Below are positions 30,762 through 41,800 of a DNA stretch of 64,000 nucleotides, piece by piece. Below the pieces are notes generated by a model. The model ran no database searches, was not told where the DNA came from, and was given only the letters and a program-made list of their open reading frames with translations. The stretch covers positions 168,302-232,301 of the forward strand of contig JBCBUK010000004.1 in NCBI GenBank assembly GCA_039818205.1, given 5' to 3'. The number at the start of each line of letters is the position of its first letter. Within the stretch, counting starts at the first letter, position 1. This DNA is from Verrucomicrobiota bacterium. GTDB taxonomy: Bacteria > Verrucomicrobiota > Verrucomicrobiia > Opitutales > Cerasicoccaceae. A program made the position numbers and the translations under genes.

Positions 30762-31166
30762 ATGAAAGCAAACGTACCACAGCTTGAGGACCAGGAATTC
30801 GACATCACGCCCATGATCGATGTCGTCTTCCTGCTTATCGTATTTTTCATGGTGGTGGCAGCGGAAATTACCAAGCAGATTGAGGTAGATCTTCCCGAAG
30901 CGGATAAGTCTATCGTGCCCGAGGAGACTGGCCGCCGGATGGAAGTCTCGATCGAGGAAGATGGTAAGATCTACGTGAGATTGAGAGAAGTTAGCGTTGA
31001 GGAGCTAGTAACCGAGTTGCGAGCCGGGAACAGCCAGATTGAGGGCTTCAAGGTGTTCCTTCGTGCTGACTCGCGAGCTCCGCACAAATTCGTAAACGAC
31101 GTCATGACGGCTTGTGCTGAAGCGGAAGTATTCGACGTCATTTTTGCGACCTTTCAGGACAAATAA
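30762..31166 (+). CDS. ExbD/TolR family protein
   Basis: ITPMIDVVFLLIVFFMV and LRAD motifs. Confidence 0.93.
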   Translation: MKANVPQLEDQEFDITPMIDVVFLLIVFFMVVAAEITKQIEVDLPEADKSIVPEETGRRMEVSIEEDGKIYVRLREVSVEELVTELRAGNSQIEGFKVFLRADSRAPHKFVNDVMTACAEAEVFDVIFATFQDK

Positions 31167-31171
31167 AAAGC

Positions 31172-31603
31172 ATGGCAAAGAAAGTTTCATTTCTTGATAC
31201 TAAGGACACGGTCGACCTCACGCCGATGATCGACGTTGTCTTCCTGCTCTTGGCCTTCTTCATGGTCACGACCGACTTGACTGAAGAGTCCGACCTTGGC
31301 CTGAAACTTCCGGCCAATACTCAGCAGTCCAATCCAGACGAGCAGCCAGACGAGCATATTGTGGATATCGCTCCGAGTGGAGAAGTTTCCTTGAATGGTT
31401 CTCCAATGGATAACGCCGGTAGCATTAACCTTCCTCAACTGGTAAACACGCTTAGCCGCTTGAAGGAAGCCGCCGATCGTGCGGGCCAACGGACGTCAGT
31501 AACCATTATGGCCGATCCTGACTCACTCCACGAACGTTCGATTGCGGTTCTCAACGCTTGCGCAGCGGCGGATGTCAAATTCGTGATGTTCTCGCAGGAC
31601 TAA
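31172..31603 (+). CDS. ExbD/TolR family protein (second copy)
   Basis: LTPMIDVVFLLLAFFMV and IMAD motifs. Confidence 0.93.
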   Translation: MAKKVSFLDTKDTVDLTPMIDVVFLLLAFFMVTTDLTEESDLGLKLPANTQQSNPDEQPDEHIVDIAPSGEVSLNGSPMDNAGSINLPQLVNTLSRLKEAADRAGQRTSVTIMADPDSLHERSIAVLNACAAADVKFVMFSQD

Positions 31604-32466
31604 GTTTTCCTCCGGGCGGAGGAAAACAAATACTGCTGAGCGAGTCCCGCGTTGGATCCAAAGTGGATTCGACCGAAATGTGCGATTTGATCGACGCTCC
31701 AATCGTCAAGTCCGTAGCGTTCCTTCATGACTCGAGCAATCCAGGTATCTACCGGGAATGCCTCGAGTTTGTCGCCGCCGAACAATAAGGTGCAATCAGC
31801 AATTTTTTCCCCGACGCCCGGAAGTTCCATAAGCTTCGCCTTGGCTTGCGGATAGGGTAGCGACTCAACGATATCGAGCCAGCCTGGCTGTCCGGCCAAA
31901 TAATGAGCTACCCCGTGAATATAGCGCGCACGGTAACCTAAACCGCAGCTACGCAGTTCCGATTCGCTCACGTGGTGGAGTTCGTTCCAGGTCGGCAAAC
32001 GGTCTATGTCTTCGACAATCGTCTGACCAAAGCGTTGAGCAAGCGTCTCGCAGAGCTGCTTGATACTCACGATTTGCTTCATCGAGCTGCACAAGAAGCA
32101 AAGCAAGGTTTCTCCAAAAGGCTGCCTGAGTATCCGTAAGCCTGGCAATGGATCCATGGCCGAGGCCAAGGATGGGTCGCTGCGCCAGGGTAGTTGATCG
32201 ATCCGTAGATTGTGATCCTGATCTGGTCGGAGGTAGCCAGCGATCGTGCTCGAGACTCGATCTGCGATATAGGCTGGGGCCCTCCATTGCACAATACCAT
32301 CTTGCGAGCGGAGTTCGGCGACATGGTTACTCCAGCTGCCTATCCAGCTATGCTCGTCTGTTGGGTTCCACCGGAACGCTTGGCCACCATCGAGTACTTC
32401 CGCCAATACGCTGGGCGAGCAGTGGACACTGGGTTCCACGGATTGCCATGGGGACCAGTCACTCAC
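31600..32466 (-). CDS. 8-oxoguanine DNA glycosylase (OGG1-like HhH-GPD)
   Basis: GQAFRW, GLRILRQ, GLGYRA, LPGVGEKIADC (catalytic Lys) and FPVDTW motifs. Confidence 0.9.
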   Translation of the reverse strand: MSDWSPWQSVEPSVHCSPSVLAEVLDGGQAFRWNPTDEHSWIGSWSNHVAELRSQDGIVQWRAPAYIADRVSSTIAGYLRPDQDHNLRIDQLPWRSDPSLASAMDPLPGLRILRQPFGETLLCFLCSSMKQIVSIKQLCETLAQRFGQTIVEDIDRLPTWNELHHVSESELRSCGLGYRARYIHGVAHYLAGQPGWLDIVESLPYPQAKAKLMELPGVGEKIADCTLLFGGDKLEAFPVDTWIARVMKERYGLDDWSVDQIAHFGRIHFGSNAGLAQQYLFSSARRKT

Positions 32467-32472
32467 CGGCGC

Positions 32473-32976
32473 TTAGTTTTCGTCAGCCGACGGTTTGCTC
32501 CAAAGGAAGCTGTTCCTTGTGGCAACAACCGTTCCATCCGGGCTGCGGAGTCGAACTCGCCATGCGACTGGTGCCTCTTCATCGGCGGGAACATCGTCTC
32601 CAGTAAAGCCCAGCCAAAATTCGCGGTGCGATTTACAATTCTCCGGGAAGGGGAAAATCTTGCTTACGGGCTGTTTCATATCAGGCCGAATAATTTCGAC
32701 CTCGAACGAACAGTTGGCTGGCATGTCCTCAGCAAATTCGGAAATGCGGGTAATGAAATATAAGCCCTCGCGAGATTCGGGATCCGACCGAATGATGACC
32801 TTTCGTCCCGAACGCTCGACACCGTCAAAATACTCGCCAATGCGTTTGAAGGCCTGCTCCGGTTTGTAATACCAAACCACGTTGTCGATTTCCACTTGCT
32901 TGATCGCGGGCGGATTCTCCGCCCAGAGATTCAAACCCATAAGGCAGGAAATGATGACTGGCCAAAATTTTTGCAT
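32473..32976 (-). CDS. hypothetical exported protein
   Basis: Signal peptide; ends SFLW-S-K-P; lies between dxr and the glycosylase. Confidence 0.75.
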   Translation of the reverse strand: MQKFWPVIISCLMGLNLWAENPPAIKQVEIDNVVWYYKPEQAFKRIGEYFDGVERSGRKVIIRSDPESREGLYFITRISEFAEDMPANCSFEVEIIRPDMKQPVSKIFPFPENCKSHREFWLGFTGDDVPADEEAPVAWRVRLRSPDGTVVATRNSFLWSKPSADEN

Positions 32977-33030
32977 GACTGCTGGTGTCTAAGGCGTTGA
33001 GTGGGTCGGCGCGAGCCTTTTTGGCGTAGT

Positions 33031-34212
33031 CTAGACGACCACGGAACTCGCCGGGATTTTTTTGACGATTTCTGCTGCGATGCGGCGCGCCTCGGTATCG
33101 GCCTCCAATATCGGATCAAGCCCATCCGGGTCGCAGGCAGGCACGATGCTTAGGGTCTGCTCAATCACCCGTGCAATGTCACAGTAGCCGATTTTCTCGT
33201 GGTAGAACGCGTCCACCGCAACCTCGTTGGAGGCGTTGAAAACTGCCGGGGCAACGCCTTCTGCATCCATAGCTTCCATGGCGAGGCGCAGGCACGGGAA
33301 CAGTTCGTAGTTGGGAGGGCGAAAATCCAGTTGAAGCACCTCGCTGAAATCAATGGTCTGGTCGACTCCGGCAGCGCGTTCTGGGTAGAGCAGGGAGTGC
33401 TGGATTGCGAAAGTCATGATAGGCGGCGACAGGTGAGCGATAAACGAGCCGTCCACATATTGGACCATCGAGTGAACAATGCTTTGCGGATGCACAACGA
33501 CATCAATTTGGTCCCGGTTCTTACCGAAGAGCCAGTGAGCCTCGATGACCTCGAGGCCTTTGTTTGCCATCGTTGAGGAATCGATGGTGATCTTTGGCCC
33601 CATGTCCCAATTGGGATGTTTGAGTGCCTGGGCCTTGGTCACGTGGCGCATCTCCTCGGCGGTAAAGTCGCGAAATGGACCGCCGGACGCAGTCAGAATC
33701 AACTTGTGAATATCAACGTCGCGTTCCCCTTGGAGGCATTGGAAAATGGCGTTGTGCTCGCTGTCGAGTGGGAGGATGCGGCAGTTGTGCTTGCGAGCCG
33801 CGGCCATGACGACTTTTCCGGCCATCACCAAGATCTCCTTACTCGCGAGAGCAATGTCTTTACCACACTCAATCGCCGCAAGGGTCGGCTTCAAGGACAG
33901 TGTGCCCACGACAGCCGAGGCAATGAGCTCGGCTTCAGGCAGGCAGGAAAGCTCAATCAAGCCTTCAAGGCCTCGGTAGAAGATCGTGCCTTCGGGAAAC
34001 TCACCGCTTTTCTCGGCATCCGCGTAGGCATCGTCATCAAAGATACCGACGTGGAGGACCTTGAATTCGTGCGCGATCTTCGCCAATTCGCGCCAACGCT
34101 TGCGTCCAGCGATGCCTACGATTTCGAGTTTGTCCGGATGTTTGTTGACGACGCGGCGGGTGCTTTCACCAATTGAGCCAGTCGCTCCCAGCAGAACAAT
34201 TTTTTTTGGCAT
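33031..34212 (-). CDS. dxr: 1-deoxy-D-xylulose-5-phosphate reductoisomerase
   Basis: LGATGSIG, LPLDSEHNAIFQ, LTASGGPF and HPNWDMGPKITIDS motifs. Confidence 0.98.
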   Translation of the reverse strand: MPKKIVLLGATGSIGESTRRVVNKHPDKLEIVGIAGRKRWRELAKIAHEFKVLHVGIFDDDAYADAEKSGEFPEGTIFYRGLEGLIELSCLPEAELIASAVVGTLSLKPTLAAIECGKDIALASKEILVMAGKVVMAAARKHNCRILPLDSEHNAIFQCLQGERDVDIHKLILTASGGPFRDFTAEEMRHVTKAQALKHPNWDMGPKITIDSSTMANKGLEVIEAHWLFGKNRDQIDVVVHPQSIVHSMVQYVDGSFIAHLSPPIMTFAIQHSLLYPERAAGVDQTIDFSEVLQLDFRPPNYELFPCLRLAMEAMDAEGVAPAVFNASNEVAVDAFYHEKIGYCDIARVIEQTLSIVPACDPDGLDPILEADTEARRIAAEIVKKIPASSVVV

Positions 34213-34253
34213 GAGAGAGTAATTCGGGAATCAGTCGTTAGTAGCGTAGTTTC

Positions 34254-35051
34254 TTAGTAAAGGTATTTGAACAGCAGGAATGCGATCGGTCCACAAAGGA
34301 CAAGGCTGTCCACCAGGTCAAACGCACCACCGATGCCAGGTATTATTGAGCCGGAGTCTTTCACACCGGCCCAACGCTTGAGCTGCGATTCGATCAAGTC
34401 ACTCACGATGGCGATGGCACCGAGTAGCGCGCCAATAAATGCGGTCTTGAGGATTGGCATCTCGATTGGGCTGTAGTCGCGCAGAACGATGGCCAGTAGG
34501 ACACCAACGCCAGAAGAGGCGAGGATTCCGCCAACGGCTCCTTCCACTGTTTTACCGGGACTGATCGCTGGAGCGAGTTTGGTTTTTCCAAATTGTTTGC
34601 CGACCAGCAGCCCGCCGACGTCAGAAAATTTTGCTACGGCAATGACCCAGATCGGGAGAAATAAGGATTCCCGGTAGTCGAGCAGTAGGCCATAGAACTG
34701 CATCAGGAAGGGTAGGTATACCAAGCCAAAGAGGGTGGGCAGGATACGTTGCCCGATCTTCGACGTGCCAAGGACCGTCAAAGATAGTATCATCAAGGCA
34801 ATGATTGAAACTTCCATCGCGCTGGAAGCGGGCAAAAAGTAGCTGCTAAAAACAACGCCGACGCCGAGCACGACGCCCAGCAGCTTCATTGGGCGGGCTT
34901 TGCCGCCAACTTCCATCAGGCCATAGAATTCGAGTTGGGCTAAAGCGGTGGCTGTGGCGAGCAAGGCGACACCACCGAAATTGCCGAATATCAACACGAT
35001 GGCAATGATCCCGCCCCAGAGGCCGAGAGTGCTTATGATACGGGCCTTCAC
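34254..35051 (-). CDS. cdsA: phosphatidate cytidylyltransferase
   Basis: ISPGKTVEG and KRWAGVKDSGSIIPGIGGAFDLVDS motifs; GTG 35051 overlaps the uppS stop (GTGA). Confidence 0.93.
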   Translation of the reverse strand: MKARIISTLGLWGGIIAIVLIFGNFGGVALLATATALAQLEFYGLMEVGGKARPMKLLGVVLGVGVVFSSYFLPASSAMEVSIIALMILSLTVLGTSKIGQRILPTLFGLVYLPFLMQFYGLLLDYRESLFLPIWVIAVAKFSDVGGLLVGKQFGKTKLAPAISPGKTVEGAVGGILASSGVGVLLAIVLRDYSPIEMPILKTAFIGALLGAIAIVSDLIESQLKRWAGVKDSGSIIPGIGGAFDLVDSLVLCGPIAFLLFKYLY

Positions 35052-35806
35052 GAATTGGCTATCGCGTGACTCGGCGATTGCTGAACCTGCTCGCCCGTCT
35101 TTCCGAAGCGGCGTTCGCGTTGCTGATAGCACTCGACTGCTTTCAGAAAGTGTTCACGGCCAAATTCGGGCCAGAAAACTGGGCTGAAAAACAGCTCAGA
35201 GTAGGCGCATTGCATGAGCAGGAAATTGGAAATCCGACTTTCCCCGGACGTCCGGATCAGCAGGTCGGGATCAGGCGTGCCTTTCGTGTAGAGGTAGCGT
35301 TCAAAGTGTGGCCAGTCGAGGTGGCGTGGATCTTCGCGTCCGTCACTAACGGCTTCGGCGTATGTGCGAACTGCGTCCAAAATTTCGGTCCGGGACCCGT
35401 AGTTCAGCGCAACATTTAGTTGGCGCTCGGTAAAATCTTTCGTTTCGTCCAGTGCTTTGCGGAGTGGGCGCTGCACGCGTTCGGGAAGCTCTTCCGGGCG
35501 GCCGATGACGTTTAGGCGGACTTCATTCTTGAGGAGATCTTTGAGGTTCCGTTTCAAGAAAAGCTCGAGAAGGTCCATTAGCGAGGCAATCTCATCGGGC
35601 GGACGCTGCCAGTTCTCCACGGAAAACGCAAAGAGTGTGAGGTGCTCCAGATTGATGTCCCGCGCGACCTTCATAATCTCGCGAACATTTTCTACTCCAC
35701 GGCGGTGTCCCTCAATTCGAGGAAGGCCTCGTTGGCGCGCCCAGCGACCATTTCCATCCATAATGATGGCGACGTGTCGTAAATGGTTTTGGCGCTTCTG
35801 ATCCAT
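35048..35806 (-). CDS. uppS: undecaprenyl diphosphate synthase
   Basis: HVAIIMDGNGRWA, FSVENW and IRTSGESRISNFLL motifs. Confidence 0.97.
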   Translation of the reverse strand: MDQKRQNHLRHVAIIMDGNGRWARQRGLPRIEGHRRGVENVREIMKVARDINLEHLTLFAFSVENWQRPPDEIASLMDLLELFLKRNLKDLLKNEVRLNVIGRPEELPERVQRPLRKALDETKDFTERQLNVALNYGSRTEILDAVRTYAEAVSDGREDPRHLDWPHFERYLYTKGTPDPDLLIRTSGESRISNFLLMQCAYSELFFSPVFWPEFGREHFLKAVECYQQRERRFGKTGEQVQQSPSHAIANS

Positions 35807-35881
35807 GCCCAAGGTAGATTGATTGCTGGCGTGTATGTTCCCCTGAAATTACGTTATAGACAATACTTTACCTTGCCGGAG

Positions 35882-35897
35882 CGGCATTGGCATTGCA
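35882..35897 (+). promoter_or_regulatory. possible sigma-54 (-24/-12) promoter upstream of gdhA
   Basis: CGGCAT-TGGCA-TTGCA with exact GG-N10-GC spacing. Confidence 0.4.
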
Positions 35898-36053
35898 ACG
35901 AAAAATGAGAGATCTCGACCATTGGATCCTAGGGCCAAGTCCTATTTATTGAATTCGACCGATCAGGAACATTGATCCCGAAAGTTGTTCTATGGGTTTG
36001 TCAGACAAGTATTTATATGTTTAGATTAAATACGTAGAAACACCCGAAAAATT

Positions 36054-37391
36054 ATGCACCCCTATATCGAACGGACCCTGACTAAGGTTCGCCAGCGCAA
36101 TCATAGCGAACCCATTTTCCTCCAGGCTGTCGACGAAGTCATCATGACGCTGGAGCCCATCATCTTGGAGCATCCGGAGATCGTCGATCTCAACCTGCTG
36201 GAGAGACTTTGTGAACCCGAGCGCCAATTGATTTTCCGAGTCGTTTGGAAAGGTGACGATGGTCTAGTCCACACCACGCGCGGATTCCGAATCGAATTCT
36301 CGTCGGTGCTTGGCCCATTCAAAGGCGGGCTTCGATTTCAGCCCAATGTGAACATGGGCGTGATGAAGTTTCTTGGATTCGAGCAAGTATTCAAAAATAG
36401 CCTGACGGGCTTGAACATTGGCGGCGGTAAGGGCGGAGCGGAATTTGATCCTCACGGTAAGAGTGACGATGAAATTATGCGATTTTGCCAGGCCTTCATG
36501 AGCGAGCTTTTCCGCCACATCGGCGCACAACGTGATGTGCCCGCGGGGGATATGGGTGTTGGTGCTCGCGAAATCGGGTATCTCTTTGGCCAATACAAGC
36601 GCCTGACGAATCGTTATGAGCTCGGTGTTTTGACCGGCAAGGGCGTCGGTTGGGGCGGCTCGCAGGCACGGACGGAAGCAACCGGCTTTGGCGTCGTCTA
36701 TTTTGCCGAGGAGATGATGCACGCCGCTGGCGACGATCTGACGGGTAAACGGGCAATCGTTTCCGGGGCGGGCAATGTCGCGACCTATGCGATGAAGAAA
36801 CTCCAGGATTTGGGTGCCACGGTAGTCGCCTGCTCGGACTCGACCGGCACCGTTTATCACGAGGAGGGTATCGATGTCTCGACTATCAAGCAACTTGGCG
36901 AAGTGGAACGAAAACACATCAGTGCCTACCGCGATTTTCACTCGGATGCGATCTTTCGAGAAGGCGCTAAGGTATGGGATGTGCCCTGCGATATCGCTTT
37001 CCCCTGTGCGACTCAAAACGAATTGGATGGCAATGACGCCCGCAGCTTGATCGATAACGGCGTTAAGCTGATCTGCGAAGGGGCGAATATGCCGTGCACA
37101 CCAGAGGCAATCGACTTGTTTCGGGACTCAGGTATTCTATTTGGACCAGCTAAAGCAGCCAATGCGGGCGGGGTTGCCGTGTCGGCGCTCGAGATGCAAC
37201 AGAACGCCGGTCTGGAACGCTGGTCTTTTCAACAGGTTGACGAAGAATTGCGAACTATAATGCGTGGCATTTTTGAACAATGCACCCACTGCGCGGCTAA
37301 GTATTCTACCCCAAATGACTACATCACCGGGGCCAATATAGGGGGATTTTTGAGGGTGGCGCAGGCCATGATTAGCCACGGGCTCTTGTAA
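36054..37391 (+). CDS. gdhA: NADP-specific glutamate dehydrogenase
   Basis: GPFKGGLRF, GGGKGG, DVPAGD, RTEATGFG and KAANAGGV motifs. Confidence 0.96.
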   Translation: MHPYIERTLTKVRQRNHSEPIFLQAVDEVIMTLEPIILEHPEIVDLNLLERLCEPERQLIFRVVWKGDDGLVHTTRGFRIEFSSVLGPFKGGLRFQPNVNMGVMKFLGFEQVFKNSLTGLNIGGGKGGAEFDPHGKSDDEIMRFCQAFMSELFRHIGAQRDVPAGDMGVGAREIGYLFGQYKRLTNRYELGVLTGKGVGWGGSQARTEATGFGVVYFAEEMMHAAGDDLTGKRAIVSGAGNVATYAMKKLQDLGATVVACSDSTGTVYHEEGIDVSTIKQLGEVERKHISAYRDFHSDAIFREGAKVWDVPCDIAFPCATQNELDGNDARSLIDNGVKLICEGANMPCTPEAIDLFRDSGILFGPAKAANAGGVAVSALEMQQNAGLERWSFQQVDEELRTIMRGIFEQCTHCAAKYSTPNDYITGANIGGFLRVAQAMISHGLL

Positions 37392-37695
37392 TGATTTTAC
37401 ATGGGTATTTTACCATGTATTTACCCCCAGTTTGGGTTCTAGTTATCAATCACGGTGCTAGGTTTTCCGTATCTCGACTGAGGTATATCAGGCCATTTTT
37501 GCATTTGTGAAGAGTCGATTAATATGGTGTAAATTGTTGGTAGAAAGATGCTTTACCCCAAGCATGAGTTTGGCGTCTAACCTGCTTCTCTCCCAATTGA
37601 AAATTAACATTTGCTAAATGAATGTTGTGGTAATGTGCCTCTGTCGCTGTCCCTAATAGTGATAACTAAGAATCAAACCTAACCCGCCGAGCATT

Positions 37696-38091
37696 ATGGT
37701 TATCAAAGATACCAACTGTCGTTTAGTCCCTTATTTCCAAGTTCGCGAAGGTTATCTCAATCGCTTTAAATCTCTCGCCAAAGAGTTGGTCGCCCACAGT
37801 TCGGAAGACCCCAAGTGTCTATGCTGCGGATTTGCTTTTGATGGGTCTGCAGCACGATGCCAGGAGGAGTTTATGGATGCTGAAGGCGTCCTAACGCATC
37901 TGGGCAATGTTGGTCCGCTTATGGCCGATATCCTTGAGATCGCCGAGGTCTACCGTTTTGAGGTTCATGCTCCCGAGCCGGAGCTTTCCAAACTTAAAGA
38001 TGCAATGGCGGACTTGCAGGCCGATTTTTACGAAGTGGACGCCAGCATACGAAAAACCGCGAGTGTGGTTCCACGCATCGCGGTTGTGTAA
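37696..38091 (+). CDS. hypothetical ABM/dimeric alpha-beta barrel-like protein
   Basis: PYFQV...EPKCL.YGF-like and E.F.DAEGVLTHL.NV patterns. Confidence 0.6.
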   Translation: MVIKDTNCRLVPYFQVREGYLNRFKSLAKELVAHSSEDPKCLCCGFAFDGSAARCQEEFMDAEGVLTHLGNVGPLMADILEIAEVYRFEVHAPEPELSKLKDAMADLQADFYEVDASIRKTASVVPRIAVV

Positions 38092-38129
38092 ATTAAGATC
38101 TGACCGAAACTTCTTTTAATAAGGCTCAT

Positions 38130-38699
38130 CTACATGATGGGCCGTTTCTTTCGGATCATTAGAGCAGCTGCGAACAAAATACCGCCAAAGGCTAGGGCAT
38201 AGGTGGACGGTTCCGGAACGAGTGTGGTCGTTACGCTGCTGAACCCGGAGCCATCAATCAGGAACAAATCAAGGTCGAGAATTGCAACTGCCTCCAGGCC
38301 TGCCTGTAGATTTGGGGCAAGGCCCGCGTAAGAAACAGATCCACCATTGCCGGCAATGGTGCTATAGTTTGAAGATCCTTCGAAGACAGTAAGCGCAACG
38401 TTGTCGGTGTCCGCCGTTACGGTAATTAGAGAAATACTCGTCGGGGTACCATCGGTCAGTAGGATGCTGGAAACGTCCACGGTATCATTTCCGGTTCCGC
38501 TAATCGGCGAATCAGTATCCCATGCGGTCAGGAATCCTGTTGGGCCGGTTGGTGTTCCGGTATCGCTCGTGGTGCCGAAACTCAAGGTCTTGTTGGTCGT
38601 GTTGATGCTCAGATTGAGAATCGCGTGACTGCTTTGGACGGTCGCCAAAATGAAGACCAATCCTAGGATGGCACGGTATGCCTTCGAAGATGTTTTCAT
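38130..38699 (-). CDS. PEP-CTERM sorting domain protein
   Basis: Signal peptide, Thr/Ser/Gly-rich core, LVPEPSTYALAFGG-TM-RKKR. Confidence 0.92.
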   Translation of the reverse strand: MKTSSKAYRAILGLVFILATVQSSHAILNLSINTTNKTLSFGTTSDTGTPTGPTGFLTAWDTDSPISGTGNDTVDVSSILLTDGTPTSISLITVTADTDNVALTVFEGSSNYSTIAGNGGSVSYAGLAPNLQAGLEAVAILDLDLFLIDGSGFSSVTTTLVPEPSTYALAFGGILFAAALMIRKKRPIM

Positions 38700-38840
38700 G
38701 GTGTAGTCGTGTGGTAGTTTAAAACAACTGTAAAATGTCATCACACTGCCACCTCGTCAACGAGATTGGTCTGAGGTTTACTCCTGATTCTACGTCCGGA
38801 ACTGTAACAATTGTTCAGTGGTCGATTCGCTGAGCCGATC

Positions 38841-41800
38841 CTACCGGGAGTAGATTAGAGGCTCCGAACTCTGGGGAAGTAATAGCTTCACCGTGTCGCG
38901 AAACGTTTCCGGAGCATCACCTGGTCCTGTTTGAAGCGTCCATTTGCCTTGCGCCCGAATGGTTGCCTTAACCGCATGGTCGGGTGATGGCTGAATCATC
39001 AGCTGATTGCCTTGCCAGGTTGCAGAGATCGGAGCATCCGCTTTTACCCGTTGTTTTTGCCACTCGGCTTCTCCGGGTGCCAGTAGAACGATTTCAGTAC
39101 TTTGTTTACGCAGCTTGATACACGCCGCTGTCCCGCGAAATGAGGCGTCGTCCAGGTCGGACTTTTCTTCCTCGTTACTTAGGAAGGCGTAGTCGCTACC
39201 CAGTAGGTGCTTCGCGTGGATGATTGTCTGCTTTCGATTGGTCTCAAAGGTTGGTTGCGGCTCATTGGGAAGACGCGGATACATAGCGAGGAAGTAGGCG
39301 CCATCGTCTGGTAGTTGGAGGTGAAAGAGGTCCTGGAATTCAGGCTTCTTTTGATAGATACCGCCGTAGCGGAGGGTGTGGCGGGGCGTGTCTTGGGGAG
39401 CGGCAACGTAATACTCGAGGAAGACGTCGAACTGCCCCTCGGCGGTGTAGCGATCGGAATGTGGCAATTGGCGCGCCGGGGTGATTGATTGGTCCAGTTT
39501 CGATTTTGGCGCCACCGATTGGTTGCTGGGATAGAGCTGGTTCGAAAGGGTCCAGAATTGCCAGGCAGTTGGCTCTCCTCCGCGGGTCGTGTCCCGGAGC
39601 ACGACGTAGCTGGGCCCGTTTGGATCGTGATCCTTGATGAAGAGAAGCTGCCGCGTGATGGTCAGGTCACTTCCTTTAGCGGCTTTCAAATTTGGGTATT
39701 GGGGCAGGTCTTTCGGAAGCCAATTGCGCCGATCAGCGCGATTGTTGGTTCGCTCTGTGCGCGCGTAGTCGGCGCCGGGAAACGTGCTAAATGCCTCGAA
39801 ACTCGTGTCTGAATAGTAACCAAATGGTTGCCCGCTGTTGCCTGGTTTGAAATTGCGCGCAAGCTGGACTCCTTCACTGGTTAGGGTGTGGCGCTCCTGC
39901 GTGCCGACCATGAACGTAAAATTGGTGCTGATCGGCTGGCCACGGCCGAACCACTGGACGATGTCGGTTACGCTTGGGGTCCAGATGTCCAAATTTCGGT
40001 CGGACTGTACGGCGCAGAGAAAATTGAGGTAATTTTCAGAATCGGTATTAAACGCCGAGCGAAATAGAACGCCAAGGTTTGGATAGAAGGATGTCACCGA
40101 TTTTGGGTCGGATGATGGCAAGTTGCGGTCGAGATAAAATGCGGCAAAACCGCCTAGCCGGGTATCGCCTGTCCATGGATTGAATCCGGACTCTTTCCAC
40201 GCCCATTGCATGCGGGCGGAGAATTCTGGGTCTTTATCCGCAGTCATTTGGGCTGCCATTCCAGCCACCGCAAGTCCTTCTCCGGTTGTGCCGCGACCGT
40301 AGGCTCCAGTCGCACGATGGCCTTCAAAGCGCGGATCTGGTGGGGTGAGCATGTTGGCAAAATACGCGACCAAGGATTTGAGCCGCTCGTCGTTTGTGAA
40401 GTCCCGATAACCCGCACGCTCGGCGGCGATGGCAAACGAGAGCATGGACTCCAGACTGACTATTCCATAGTGGCTGCCCTCGGGTAGCCAGTTGCCATTG
40501 CGGCTCAATTCACGATCCAACCAGGCATCCAGCCAATCGGCTGCATAGTTTGCCCATTTGTCGGCCATGGGGTGGTCGCGCAGCACGCAGGCCACGACCC
40601 CTAAGCTCATGATGTAGGAGACATGCATGTTTGGGTTGCCGGTTCCGTAGCCTCGCTCCGAGGACCAACACATCGGATCGGCAAGGACGTAGCCCAAATA
40701 GGCCATCTGAGCCCGCATTCGTTCTCGCTGGTCTGGCGAGATCAGCGGCGAGTCGATAAGGGCATCGTATAGTCCGGCGACGGCAATTGCCTTTCGCATA
40801 ACATCGAAGTTTCCGAGTTTCCCAAGGTCTTTCTCCAGTTGCTCAACCAGCTTTGCCTCGAGCCGAGTTCGCTGGTTGGTTTGCTTTCTCGTCGGGTTGC
40901 TGGGTGTCGGGCCGAGTAGATTGAATAGGTCGCGATCCAGCGCAAAATAACGTTTGAACTCGTCCTCGTACTGATTTCGCGCGGCGATTGTTTTTGCGTC
41001 CACAAAAAGTAGTGGGTGCTTTGAATTTTCGTCCCAATCTAGGACGAGTTGGTTCGCTTCGAGAAACTCTTGCCCAATGATCGGATCGCCTGCCGCGACC
41101 GTCCATTCACGGTTACTCGGAACCAGTTTCGCTTTTAGTGAAATAAAGCCAGATTCCTCAAGGCGAATGGGCATAACTCGGGATTTCCACCCGTTCCACA
41201 TCGTTCCTGGCAGTGAGAGGTCCCACTTAGTGCCCCCGTAGTAGGTCTGTGTTTCGGCAGCAGGAACCCAACCACCTGGGTTGTGACTTTGGATTTGAAG
41301 GCCGCCGTGGGAGTCCCATGTCAGGTGGCTTGGGTTCTCGCGAAAAATGCCCATGATGCTGGTATTTGGGCCAAGATTCACAGGTCTATTTGCTAGCGAA
41401 TTAGCAGGCATGGTCTGGTCTTTTCTGGACCACTGGCCATATCCTTTTCGGAGTATAATTGTCCGGGCGTCGGGATTAGCGGGCAGGAAAAAGATCACGC
41501 TTGATGCCGGTTCCCTAGCGTTTGTCGCGAGCTGGAATCGAATCGCGTTGTTTCCTGCGATAGCGGTAGCGGTTAGACTGATGTAGGAGTCATCAAGTAG
41601 TTGATAGCGTACCCTGACTTGTGCGAATACGGGCCCCTTGGCTAATACTTTTGTTTCCCAATATTTCACGCGATCGAGTCTAATCCACTCGCTCGCAGGG
41701 CTCCGGGGACCTTCGCCAAACTGCACTCCTAGGACAGGGGGAGGGCAGCTTTGGCGTCCGTTTTGAGGAAGCCAGATTTGGACTGCTCCGGTCGATAGGT

